Source of the DNA: Ktedonobacterales bacterium
Lineage (GTDB): Bacteria; Chloroflexota; Ktedonobacteria; Ktedonobacterales; JADMIN01
Length of the DNA: 32,000 nt
Reading direction: 5' to 3'
Assembly: GCA_030167145.1 (NCBI GenBank)
Contig: CP126532.1
Span: 4,050,001-4,082,000 of the forward strand
The notes under the pieces were generated by a model. That model made no database searches. It was not told the DNA's origin and saw nothing but the letters and a program-made list of their open reading frames with translations. How positions within the stretch are numbered: the stretch's first letter is position 1; the number at the start of each line of letters is the position of its first letter. Made by a program: the position numbers and the translations under genes. Of this stretch, positions 18,498 to 26,630 are shown piece by piece.

Positions 18498-18536
18498 GGG
18501 AACGCTGGCATCCGCTGGCGTTCCCTATTTTGTTGT
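18498..18536 (+). terminator. Intrinsic terminator forming the riboswitch expression platform
   Basis: GGGAACGCTGGC-ATCC-GCTGGCGTTCCC is a 12-bp stem including 2 G-U pairs, followed by TATTTTGTTGTT. It sits between the aptamer and the RBS AAGAGGAGG (18554-18562). Confidence 0.6.
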
Positions 18537-18567
18537 TCGGGGGACGGCGGCGCAAGAGGAGGCGCAT

Positions 18568-19398
18568 ATGGCTGGCCGAGACTCTATCGCCCCCGCGACC
18601 GCGTCCACTGGCGTGCCGCTGCTGGATGTGCGTGGCGTCACCATGCGCTACCGCACGCCGGAGGGCGCGCTCACCGCGCTGGCAGACATCAGCCTCACCG
18701 TCGCACGCGGCGAATTCGTGGCGCTGGTGGGGCCGAGCGGCTGTGGCAAGAGCACCCTGCTCGCCATCCTCGCCGGACTCGAACAGCCCAGCGAAGGCAC
18801 GGTCGCGCTCGCGGGCGATCCACAGGCGCGGCGGCTGGGCCGCGCGGGCTATATGCCCCAGCGCGATCTGCTGCTGCCCTGGCGCACCGCCCTGGGCAAT
18901 GCTATCGCCGGACTCGAAGTGAAGGGCGTGGCGCGCGGCGAAGCGCAGCAGCGGGCGCGGGCGCTCTTTGCCGATTTCGGGCTGGCGGGCTTCGAGCGCA
19001 GCTATCCGCCGCTGCTCTCCGGTGGCATGCGCCAGCGCGTCGCCTTCGCACGCACCGTCCTTGCCGGCGACGACCTGCTGTTGCTGGATGAGCCGTTCGG
19101 CGCGCTGGATGCGCTGACGCGGGCGAGCCTACAGCGCTGGCTGCTGGACATCTGGGGCCGCCTCAGCAAGACATGCCTGCTCGTCACGCATGACGTAGAC
19201 GAAGCGCTGCTGCTGGCCGACCGCGTCTATCTGCTGAGCGCGCGCCCCGGCCACGTCCGTCTGGAGCGCCGCGTACCACTGGAGCGCCCACGCACCCGCG
19301 AGATGCTGGCGCGCGCCGACCTGCTCGCGCTCAAGGCCGAGCTACTCGCCGCCCTCGACGAACAGCAAGAGCGCTCCCTTGCCGGAGGCCGCATATGA
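18568..19398 (+). CDS. ABC transporter ATP-binding protein, NitT/TauT family (ThiZ-like; HMP/thiamine-precursor importer)
   Basis: Start placed at ATG 18568, after AAGAGGAGG, because the ORF-track start at 18121 would translate the riboswitch and terminator. Walker A GPSGCGKST, signature LSGGMRQRV and Walker B LLLLDEPF are present. The ThiZ-like role is inferred from the TPP riboswitch and the NMT1/THI5-like binding protein. Confidence 0.9.
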   Translation: MAGRDSIAPATASTGVPLLDVRGVTMRYRTPEGALTALADISLTVARGEFVALVGPSGCGKSTLLAILAGLEQPSEGTVALAGDPQARRLGRAGYMPQRDLLLPWRTALGNAIAGLEVKGVARGEAQQRARALFADFGLAGFERSYPPLLSGGMRQRVAFARTVLAGDDLLLLDEPFGALDALTRASLQRWLLDIWGRLSKTCLLVTHDVDEALLLADRVYLLSARPGHVRLERRVPLERPRTREMLARADLLALKAELLAALDEQQERSLAGGRI

Positions 19399-20294
19399 AA
19401 ACGCCACTCACCCGCGCTAGTCCGCGTCCGCCGGATTACGGGCGTCCGCCGGACGCCCCTACGGACGAGCATGGTAGCGCCGCCGTCCCGGCGGCACGCG
19501 TGCTGCCCGTGGCCGCACTGCTGCGGCGGGGAATCATCCTGCTAGGGCCGCCGCTGGCCCTGCTGGCCGCGCTGCTGCTGCTCTGGCAATGGTACGCCAG
19601 CCAGCCCGATATAGACGCGCAATTCCTGCCCACGCCGCTCGCCGTATGGAGCGCATTCATCGCCCAGCGCGACCTCCTCTGGCATCACACGCTTGTCACA
19701 TTGAATGAAACGTTGGTCGGCTTCTTCTGGGCGCTGGTTGCGGGCATCGCCTGCGGCGTCGCCATTGATTTTTCGCCGTGGATGCGCCGCGCGCTTTATC
19801 CGCTGCTCGTCACCTCGCAGACCATCCCGATCATCACGCTTGCGCCGCTACTGGTCTACTGGTTCGGCTTCGGGCTGACCTCGAAGGCCATCGTCGTCAC
19901 GCTGGTATGCTTCTTCGCCATCGTCGTCGCCCTCGCGGATGGCCTGCGCGCCGCCGATCCCGAACTGCTGAAACTGTATCGCTCGTTCGGCGCGGGCCGC
20001 CTGCGCATCTTCTGGTCGGTGCGGCTTCCCGGCGCGCTGCCACAGCTCTTCACCGGCATCCGCATCGCCATCACCTACAGCGTCGTCGGCGCGATCTTCG
20101 GTGAATACGTCGGCGCGAGCGAGGGGCTGGGCTTCTACATGCAGCTCAAGCTGCACTCCTTCGCCACCGCCAGCGTCATCGCCGCCATCCTCGTCACCGC
20201 GGCGCTCAGCATCGCCCTCTTCCTGCTGACCGCACTCATCGAGCGCCTCGCCCTGCCCTGGTACTACCTCCACGGGCGACAGGCGGGCGCTTAG
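19395..20294 (+). CDS. ABC transporter permease, NitT/TauT family (ThiX-like)
   Basis: ATG 19395 overlaps the upstream TGA (ATGA). The protein has 6 TM segments and a BPD_transp_1-type loop (ADPELLKLYRSFGAGRLRIFWSVRLPGALP). The first ~35 codons include a family-B repeat, and the in-frame GTG at 19500 is an alternative start. Confidence 0.85.
   Translation: MKTPLTRASPRPPDYGRPPDAPTDEHGSAAVPAARVLPVAALLRRGIILLGPPLALLAALLLLWQWYASQPDIDAQFLPTPLAVWSAFIAQRDLLWHHTLVTLNETLVGFFWALVAGIACGVAIDFSPWMRRALYPLLVTSQTIPIITLAPLLVYWFGFGLTSKAIVVTLVCFFAIVVALADGLRAADPELLKLYRSFGAGRLRIFWSVRLPGALPQLFTGIRIAITYSVVGAIFGEYVGASEGLGFYMQLKLHSFATASVIAAILVTAALSIALFLLTALIERLALPWYYLHGRQAGA
19440..19462. repeat. Palindromic repeat, family B (reverse orientation): GGGCGTCCGCCGGACGCCCCTAC
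   Basis: Exact reverse complement of GTAGGGGCGTCCGGCGGACGCCC. It is preceded by a partial extra arm (CCGCGTCCGCCGGA, 19421-19434). Confidence 0.8.
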
Positions 20295-20313
20295 CAAGAA
20301 ACGGAGCCTTCGT

Positions 20314-21444
20314 ATGTCCTTCTCATCGCATTCCATCACGCGCAGCCCCCGTGTAGGGGCGTCCGGTGGACGCCCGTGGTCCAGCGTCCGCTTCTCGCGC
20401 CGCGCCACCCGCTGGCGTCCGCTCATGTTGCTCGCTCCGCTGGCGCTGCTCACGCTGCTGGTCGCGGGCTGCTCCTTCGGCAAAACCACCTCGTCCGCGA
20501 ACTACACTGGCCCCGTGGCGCACGTGAAACTGGCGCTCGACTGGACGCCGAACACCAACCACACCGGCATCTACGTCGCGCTGGCGAAGCAGTGGTATAA
20601 GCAGCAGGGCATTGACCTGACGCTACTGCCCTATTCCAGCAGCATCGCGCCGGAGCAACTCGTCGCCACCGGCCAGGCCGATTTCGCCATCAGCTTCCCC
20701 GAAGCGGTGACGGCGGACCGCGCGCTGGGCCAGCCATTGGTCTCCATCGCGGCGATCATCCAGCACAACACCTCCGCGCTGATTACCCTGAAGCAATCGG
20801 GGCTGGATACGGTGGCGAAGCTGGCGGGCAAGCGCTACGCGGGCTTCGGCACGAGCTACGAACAGCCGGTCATCTCGCAGGTGTTGAGCTGCGGCGGCGC
20901 GGCAACGAGTGGCTTCCAGAACATCACCACAACACTCGATCCCATCGCCGCGCTGAAAAGCGGGCAGTTCGATTTCGCCTGGGTCTACGAAGGCTGGGAA
21001 GTGATCGAAGCGCAGCGCCAGGGACTGGACCTGAACGTCTTTCCGCTGCTCGACTATTGCATGCCCGACTATTCATCGCCGGTCATCATCAGCAACGCCA
21101 ACCTGATTGCCCAACATCCCGATGTGATTCGCCGCTTCCTGAAGGCCACCTCGCAGGGCTATACCTACGCGGTTCAGAATCCCAAAGATGCGGCGCAATT
21201 GCTGATCCAGGGCGCGCCAGCGGGCAGCTTCGATGACCAGCAACTCGTCTACGTCAGCCAGGCGTATCTCAGCCCGCGCTACATGCAAGACGCGACGTGC
21301 TGGGGCCAGCAGACGCTAGAAAAGTGGACCAACTACCCACGCTTCATGTACAACCACGGCGCGATCCAGGACGCCAACGGCAATCCGATCACCACGCAGC
21401 CCGACTACAGCGCCGCGTTCACCAATGCCTTGCTCCCGTGCTAA
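20314..21444 (+). CDS. NMT1/THI5-like periplasmic substrate-binding lipoprotein (ThiY-like)
   Basis: 376 aa with GGAG ~9 nt upstream. The lipobox LLVAGC follows the hydrophobic stretch LMLLAPLALLTLL. LALDWTPNTNHTGIYVALAKQWYKQQGIDL is the typical NMT1/THI5/ThiY N-terminal motif. ATG 20425 is an alternative start, and a family-B repeat lies at codons 14-21. Confidence 0.88.
   Translation: MSFSSHSITRSPRVGASGGRPWSSVRFSRRATRWRPLMLLAPLALLTLLVAGCSFGKTTSSANYTGPVAHVKLALDWTPNTNHTGIYVALAKQWYKQQGIDLTLLPYSSSIAPEQLVATGQADFAISFPEAVTADRALGQPLVSIAAIIQHNTSALITLKQSGLDTVAKLAGKRYAGFGTSYEQPVISQVLSCGGAATSGFQNITTTLDPIAALKSGQFDFAWVYEGWEVIEAQRQGLDLNVFPLLDYCMPDYSSPVIISNANLIAQHPDVIRRFLKATSQGYTYAVQNPKDAAQLLIQGAPAGSFDDQQLVYVSQAYLSPRYMQDATCWGQQTLEKWTNYPRFMYNHGAIQDANGNPITTQPDYSAAFTNALLPC
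20353..20375. repeat. Palindromic repeat, family B: GTAGGGGCGTCCGGTGGACGCCC
   Basis: A 23-mer with one central mismatch (T for C) relative to the other copies. Confidence 0.75.
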
Positions 21445-21495
21445 GAGGGTAGTCAGTGCGATGTGAAAAGGCCATCAGATACCACGTCCTCTATT

Positions 21496-21533
21496 CCCTC
21501 TCGCCTCACAGGAGAGGGGTTAGGGGGTGAGGT
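21496..21533. repeat. Family-C repeat copy between convergent genes
   Basis: CCCTCTCGCCTCACAGGAGAGGGGTTAGGGGGTGAGGT resembles 7163-7200. Its arms CCCTCTC/GAGAGGG and CCTCAC/GTGAGG can pair. It abuts the stop of the 21534-22529 gene. Confidence 0.5.
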
Positions 21534-22529
21534 TTAGCTCAGCACGGGGAAGAGCAGCAGCCCGCGCCCAATGACCTCGCCAATGAAGATAAAGGCCACG
21601 CACAGATATAACATGCCGGTCGCGGACTGAAACGACCGTCCGCGCGTCAGGTAGAGCGCGATGCCGCCGAGCGCCAGCGGGGCCAGAAATCCCATCAGGT
21701 ATTCGAGCCAGCGCATCGCGTCCTGCCCTACCGGCGCCTGTCGCGCCTCTTGCTTGGTGACGTCCTGCGCCGCGCCGGGCGTGGGATTGGGCGTCGGTGT
21801 GATGATGGTGATGCCATTGGGGTTGGTCTGGATCGTTGTCCCCGGCGTAACGTTGCTGGTCGGCAGGTGGGCGCGGGCGGTGGTTGGGCCGATGAAGAGC
21901 GAGAAGACCAGTTCCGCGAACAGCGCGACCACCAGCAGCGCGGTCACGAATTCCAGCGGCTTGCCCGATGCGGTGGGCGTGTTGAGATACCAGTGGCCGA
22001 GCAGCATCGCCGTCATCACACCGCCCAGCGCCACCGCCCCCGCGACAAACGCCAGCACGACGAATGCGCCGTCGAGACGGCTCGCCGCCAGTGTCCGATA
22101 CGCCATGCCAGCCGCGAAGATCGCCACCAGCGCCGCGAGCGTGGTCAGCGCGCCCACGGCGAAACGCGCCCGCCGCAGCGCGGATGTTGGTTGCTGGGCA
22201 GCGGCTTTGCGGGCGGCTTTGTCGCGCGGCTGGCGGTCGGCCCAGAGCAGGATGTTCCACGGAATCATCAGCAGCGTCGTGGCTACCAGCAGCGGCCCCT
22301 GCGCGCGATACCACGTGGGATCAAGCCCGTAATCGGCGGGCGAGCCAAGGCTGGCGAAGTTGGCGAAGGCCAGCAGCGTCAGCACGGCGAAGACCAGATA
22401 CAGCGCCCCCTGGAAGATGACGAAGCCCCGGCTGGTGTCGCCACGCAGATCCAGCAGGTACAGGCTGAGAAAGGAGCCTACCGTCAATTCAAGCATCACC
22501 AGGAAGAGCGCGAGGGGAAGAACTTGCAT
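21534..22529 (-). CDS. Hypothetical polytopic membrane protein (~8 TM) with a Thr/Pro/Asn-rich loop
   Basis: 331-aa ORF with a GAGG-type RBS, hydrophobic periodicity and good GC3 bias. The loop is TSNVTPGTTIQTNPNGITIITPTPNPTPG. I recognise no family. Confidence 0.7.
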   Translation of the reverse strand: MQVLPLALFLVMLELTVGSFLSLYLLDLRGDTSRGFVIFQGALYLVFAVLTLLAFANFASLGSPADYGLDPTWYRAQGPLLVATTLLMIPWNILLWADRQPRDKAARKAAAQQPTSALRRARFAVGALTTLAALVAIFAAGMAYRTLAASRLDGAFVVLAFVAGAVALGGVMTAMLLGHWYLNTPTASGKPLEFVTALLVVALFAELVFSLFIGPTTARAHLPTSNVTPGTTIQTNPNGITIITPTPNPTPGAAQDVTKQEARQAPVGQDAMRWLEYLMGFLAPLALGGIALYLTRGRSFQSATGMLYLCVAFIFIGEVIGRGLLLFPVLS

Positions 22530-22629
22530 GCTGCCTCTAATATCGTTGTTGATGATGATGGTTCCAGCGTTGGCGCGCGACGAAGCCGCGCCATCAGATT
22601 ATACCGTGCCGCTCGCGCCCAGGGAACAG

Positions 22630-24915
22630 TCATGACTCTTGAGGTGTGTTATCGTCGGGTTCGATAACCTCCGGCGCGTTGTCGCTCGCTGCGCTGGTAG
22701 GCGATTCACCGGCTGTGCTAGCGTCCACCGCGTTGATGTCACCGGCGACCTCAGTCGGCGCACCAGCATCACGCATATCCGCTGCGCTGGCATCCACAGT
22801 GGACGCAGGCGCGTCATCCGCGTCGGCATCCGCTACGCTGGCGAGCGCATCCGGTGGCGCGCTGACGCTGGCGTCAGCGCTGGGCGCAGTCTCAGCGGGA
22901 GTTGGCGCTGCCAGCGGCTCCGCTGGGGCAGGCGGCGGGGCTTCGGGCGTGGCCGCTGGCGCGACTTCGATTGTCGTGGGGAGATCGGGGCCGCGCGTGG
23001 CGGACCAGATCGGCGCGCTCCATAGCGGCGCGCGGGGCGCGGGCGGCTCTTCGGCCAGCGCCAGCGAGGGCGACGCGCTCACCGGTCCCGCATCCGCGCT
23101 CTCGTCGCCGCGGATGGGGCGTGTGGCGATGCCGCCCAGGCGCATCATGCCGGGCGTCGTGCTGTTCGGATCGTCCGGCAGCAAGCGCATCTGCGCGGGG
23201 ACGGTGGCGTTGGGGTCGCGGCCAAGGGCGCCCGCAAACGGGTCGTCGTCGTGGTGGCCGTTGTGCGGCATCTCGCCCAGGGTGGCGGCGTCGGCTTCCA
23301 GCGCCAGGGTGTGGCGGACCTCGGTGAGCATATCGCCGATCTCGGGCCGGTATTCCAGATTCTTCTTGGGCAGGCGTCCCCAGATGCGTTGCGCGTCCTC
23401 GAACGAGCCAGCGCGATAGCACCAGTAGCCCAGGATGGCGCGGGCGTCGAAGACGGGCATGCGCTGCCAGAGTTGCAGCCGTTCGGCGGGCGTTTCCAGC
23501 ACCTCTTGCGGCACGTCGGTGATGTCAATGCGACCAAAAAGGGGCCGCCCGAAGAACCTGAACGGGAAACCGTAGTAGAGCGCGAGTGTGCGCGGGGCGT
23601 CTTTCGGCGCGTCGGCGTGGCGTCCCAGGCCGATGAAGAAGCTGCGCGTCCACGGTCCGGCCTGCCAGATCAAGAACAACACGATCAGCGCCGTCAGGCG
23701 GGCGAGGTAGCGTTCCCAGGTGAAGGTGCCGATGGTGCTGGCCACGCCGAGCAATCCCATCCCCGCGCCGAGCAGCCATGCGCCGTAGACCAGGCGCTTG
23801 CGGTCCCAGTTGAGCAGGTCATAGTGATGGTGCATTGGCGTCGCCAGGAATGGCAGCGGAAACTCGGTATGCGCGAAACCCTCGCTGCTGCCGAAGCGTT
23901 GCAGCACCAGCGTCTTGCGGAAGAAGCGCACTAAAATGCGCGCTGAGATGAGCGCCGAGAGACCTTCGAGCACGAAGACGCCGCCGATGATGAGTAGCAC
24001 GAATTCCAGCCGGGTAATCACCGCGACCAGCGCCATTAGTCCGCCGAGCGCCAGCGAGCCGGTGTCGCCCATGATGATCTTCGCGCGCCGCTTGATGAGC
24101 GGATTGCGCGCGTTCCACGAGGAGGGCCAGTTGAACGGCAGATAGCCCATCGCCGCTCCCGCGATAGCCAGCATGCAGATCGCCGCCGGCCAGAGGTCGT
24201 CGAAGCCCTTGCCACCCTCGCCAAAGAGAATCGCGGCGAAGGAGAGCGACGCGCTCACCAGCAGCCCACCCGCCAGACCATCCATGCCATCGGCGAAATC
24301 TACCGCGAGTGCCGTGGTGGTGGCGACGAGAACCGTCATCAGCAAGAAGAAGACGATCCACGCGAACTTGGCATGCACCAGCGCCTGCCCCAGCAGCGGA
24401 ATATCGCTGTACGGCGGATAGGCGAACCGCGCCGAGAGGTGGCGCGAGACGATGAGCCGGTTCAGCGCGATGCCGGAGGCCAGCGCGACGATACTCACAC
24501 CGATGAACTTCACCGCCTCCGAGATGCCCACCCCGCGTTGCACCTTGCGCCAGTCGTCATAGAAGCCGACCAGCCCAAAACCCAGCATGCCAATCAGCAG
24601 CACACCAAGCAGTTCCCACTTCTCCAGGCTGAAGTCTAGCAGGATGCCCGCGGTGATGCCCGCGACGGTGACGGCGACCACCATCGCCACGCCGCCTACC
24701 AGCGGCAGTTCGCTCGATGAGGCGCGGGTCGTTCGCACCCTGCGCGCGCCTCTGCGGGCGTCTACCGCGTAGCTGCCGGTGGACTGGTCGGCGCGGAATG
24801 TGCCCTCTTTGCGTTCGCCGCTGCGAAACCACGGCAAGAGCAGCATCCCAAGCAGCGAAAGGATCAGGCTCGCGACGAAGGCGACCGCCAGGGAGCTAAG
24901 CAGCATTGGATTCAT
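22630..24915 (-). CDS. mraY: Phospho-N-acetylmuramoyl-pentapeptide transferase (MraY) with one extra TM helix and a ~340-aa C-terminal extension
   Basis: 761 aa. MraY catalytic motifs are present: GFYDDWRK (Asp-Asp), DGMDGLAGG, IMGDTGSLALGG and the MraY-specific PMHHHYD. The canonical fold ends near aa ~396, after which come a TM helix (LTALIVLFLIWQAGPW), a ~120-aa region and an acidic Ala/Pro/Asp tail. Confidence 0.88.
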   Translation of the reverse strand: MNPMLLSSLAVAFVASLILSLLGMLLLPWFRSGERKEGTFRADQSTGSYAVDARRGARRVRTTRASSSELPLVGGVAMVVAVTVAGITAGILLDFSLEKWELLGVLLIGMLGFGLVGFYDDWRKVQRGVGISEAVKFIGVSIVALASGIALNRLIVSRHLSARFAYPPYSDIPLLGQALVHAKFAWIVFFLLMTVLVATTTALAVDFADGMDGLAGGLLVSASLSFAAILFGEGGKGFDDLWPAAICMLAIAGAAMGYLPFNWPSSWNARNPLIKRRAKIIMGDTGSLALGGLMALVAVITRLEFVLLIIGGVFVLEGLSALISARILVRFFRKTLVLQRFGSSEGFAHTEFPLPFLATPMHHHYDLLNWDRKRLVYGAWLLGAGMGLLGVASTIGTFTWERYLARLTALIVLFLIWQAGPWTRSFFIGLGRHADAPKDAPRTLALYYGFPFRFFGRPLFGRIDITDVPQEVLETPAERLQLWQRMPVFDARAILGYWCYRAGSFEDAQRIWGRLPKKNLEYRPEIGDMLTEVRHTLALEADAATLGEMPHNGHHDDDPFAGALGRDPNATVPAQMRLLPDDPNSTTPGMMRLGGIATRPIRGDESADAGPVSASPSLALAEEPPAPRAPLWSAPIWSATRGPDLPTTIEVAPAATPEAPPPAPAEPLAAPTPAETAPSADASVSAPPDALASVADADADDAPASTVDASAADMRDAGAPTEVAGDINAVDASTAGESPTSAASDNAPEVIEPDDNTPQES

Positions 24916-25038
24916 CTGTCTTTACCTGCCACCCAGGCGCCTGGATCCTCCTGACGCCGATATGCAACATATGTTGATTAGAACGACCAGCCTCGACCAG
25001 AGTCACCCACGACGACCAACGCGGCGCCCTGGTCCGCA

Positions 25039-26586
25039 CTACACGGATGAGTCAGCAAAGCCCAGCGCCGCAAGTTCTTCGCGCGCCACCAGACGATCAT
25101 CCCACGGCAGTTTTTGCCGTCCGACGATCAGGCTTTGCTCGTGTCCCTTGCCCGCCAGCAGCACAGTGTCACCGGGCCGCGCCATGCGAAACGCCGTGGC
25201 GATGGCCTCGCGCCGTCCGACGATGCAGACATAGCGCTCGCCCTCGCATGCGCCCGCTTCTTCTGCTCCCGCCGCGATCTCGTGCAGGATGGACATAGCA
25301 TCCTCTTCGCGCGGGTCTTCGTCGGTAATGACGGCGAAATCGGCCTTGCGGGCGGCGACGCCCCCCATCTCTGGGCGCTTGACGCGGTCGCGGTCACCCG
25401 CCGAACCAAAGACGGCGATCAGCCGTCCCGTCGTGATGGGCCGCAGCACGTCCAGCACTTTGGCGAGGCTTTCGGCGGTGTGCGCGTAGTCAACGACAAC
25501 GCTGAACGGCTGGCCCGCTACAATACGCTCCATCCGCCCGGAGACCGGCGCGATCTGGGCCAGTGTCGCGGCGATGACCTCCGGCGTAATGCCATGCAGA
25601 TGGGCGACTGCAATCGCGGCAAGGCAGTTGTAGACGTTGAAGCGCGCCACCAGCGGCGTCGCCACATCGAATGCCACACCGCCCGGAAGGCAGACACGAA
25701 AGCGCGTGCCGCTGCCTTCGAGGGCAATCTGCTCGGCGCGCACATCCGCTGGCTGGTCAATGCCATAGCTAAGTATGGGCGCGCGGCAGAACGGCTTCAG
25801 ATACTGAAACGAGCTGTCGTCGGCGTTCAGAACGCAGGCATGCGGGATGGCGAAAGACAACGGCTTATGGGCGTCGGGATCCACCATCTCAAAGAGCGTC
25901 GCTTTGGCGCGGCGATACGCGGCGAGCGAGCCATGCACCTCGATATGCTCGCTGGTAATGTTGGTGACGACAGCGACATCATAGGCCACATCCGCCACGC
26001 GATGCAGTTCCAGCGCGCTGGAGGTCGTTTCGAGCACCGCGCGTTCCACGCCCGCATCCGCCATCCGTCGCAGAAATGCCTGCACGTCGGGCGCTTCCAG
26101 CACGGTGAAGCGCGTATTGTTGGGCCACTTCTCGTCGCCAACCTTGAAATCTACGGTGGTCATGTAGCCGGTGCGTGCGCCGTCAGCGGTGAGCAGCGCG
26201 TCAATCAGCCGGGTGGTGGTCGTCTTGCCGTCGGTTCCCGTCACGCCGATGACGGCCATCTCTTGCGATGGGTTGCCATAGAACGCGGCGGAGAGGCGGG
26301 CCAGCTCGCGGCGCGGGTCGCTGACGCGCACATACACGCGGTCCGCCGGGAAATCCGCCGGGGTGGGCTGCTGGCCGACGACGAGCGCCGCGCCACGGGC
26401 CAGCGCGTCGGGGATGTACTGGTGGCCATCGGTCCAGCGGCCCGCAATCGCGACGAAACACGCGCCCGGCACAACCCGCTGCGAGTCATGCGTCACCAGC
26501 GTGATCTCGCCGCTATATGTCCCCTGCCGGTCGAGAACGGGCAGTGTCGCCAGCAATGCGCCAATCTCCACGTAAGGCACCCCCAC
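25039..26586 (-). CDS. murE: UDP-N-acetylmuramoyl-L-alanyl-D-glutamate--diamino acid ligase (MurE)
   Basis: 515 aa with a GTG start. Mur-ligase motifs are present: GVTGTDGKTTTT (P-loop), TNITSEHIEVHG, VDYAHT and FGSAGDRD. The third-residue specificity motif reads DEDPR. Confidence 0.92.
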   Translation of the reverse strand: MGVPYVEIGALLATLPVLDRQGTYSGEITLVTHDSQRVVPGACFVAIAGRWTDGHQYIPDALARGAALVVGQQPTPADFPADRVYVRVSDPRRELARLSAAFYGNPSQEMAVIGVTGTDGKTTTTRLIDALLTADGARTGYMTTVDFKVGDEKWPNNTRFTVLEAPDVQAFLRRMADAGVERAVLETTSSALELHRVADVAYDVAVVTNITSEHIEVHGSLAAYRRAKATLFEMVDPDAHKPLSFAIPHACVLNADDSSFQYLKPFCRAPILSYGIDQPADVRAEQIALEGSGTRFRVCLPGGVAFDVATPLVARFNVYNCLAAIAVAHLHGITPEVIAATLAQIAPVSGRMERIVAGQPFSVVVDYAHTAESLAKVLDVLRPITTGRLIAVFGSAGDRDRVKRPEMGGVAARKADFAVITDEDPREEDAMSILHEIAAGAEEAGACEGERYVCIVGRREAIATAFRMARPGDTVLLAGKGHEQSLIVGRQKLPWDDRLVAREELAALGFADSSV

Positions 26587-26630
26587 ACATGTGAATATCG
26601 CCAGCGATGACCCTCATTCGCTGCTGAAAT

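Noticed and set aside
18121-18567. Long N-terminal extension of the ABC ATPase (ORF-track start at 18121)
   Set aside because: It would translate through the TPP riboswitch aptamer and its terminator. A strong RBS (AAGAGGAGG) precedes ATG 18568, and ABC ATPase homology (Walker A at ~aa 50 from 18568) begins only after that start.
20314-20430. Twin-arginine (Tat) signal in the ThiY-like protein (..RFSRRATRWRPLMLL..)
   Set aside because: SRRATRW only loosely resembles the S/T-R-R-x-F-L-K consensus. Arg-rich stretches arise easily in GC-rich sequence that includes a repeat. A lipobox (LVAGC) with Sec-type features explains the region adequately.
21520-26610. ORFs 21520..22314(-), 21661..22332(+), 21750..22667(+), 22646..23419(+), 22892..23422(-), 23251..23934(+) and 25114..26610(+)
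   Set aside because: These are alternative-frame or antisense shadows of the membrane-protein, mraY and murE genes. The Mur/MraY catalytic motifs identify the real frames.
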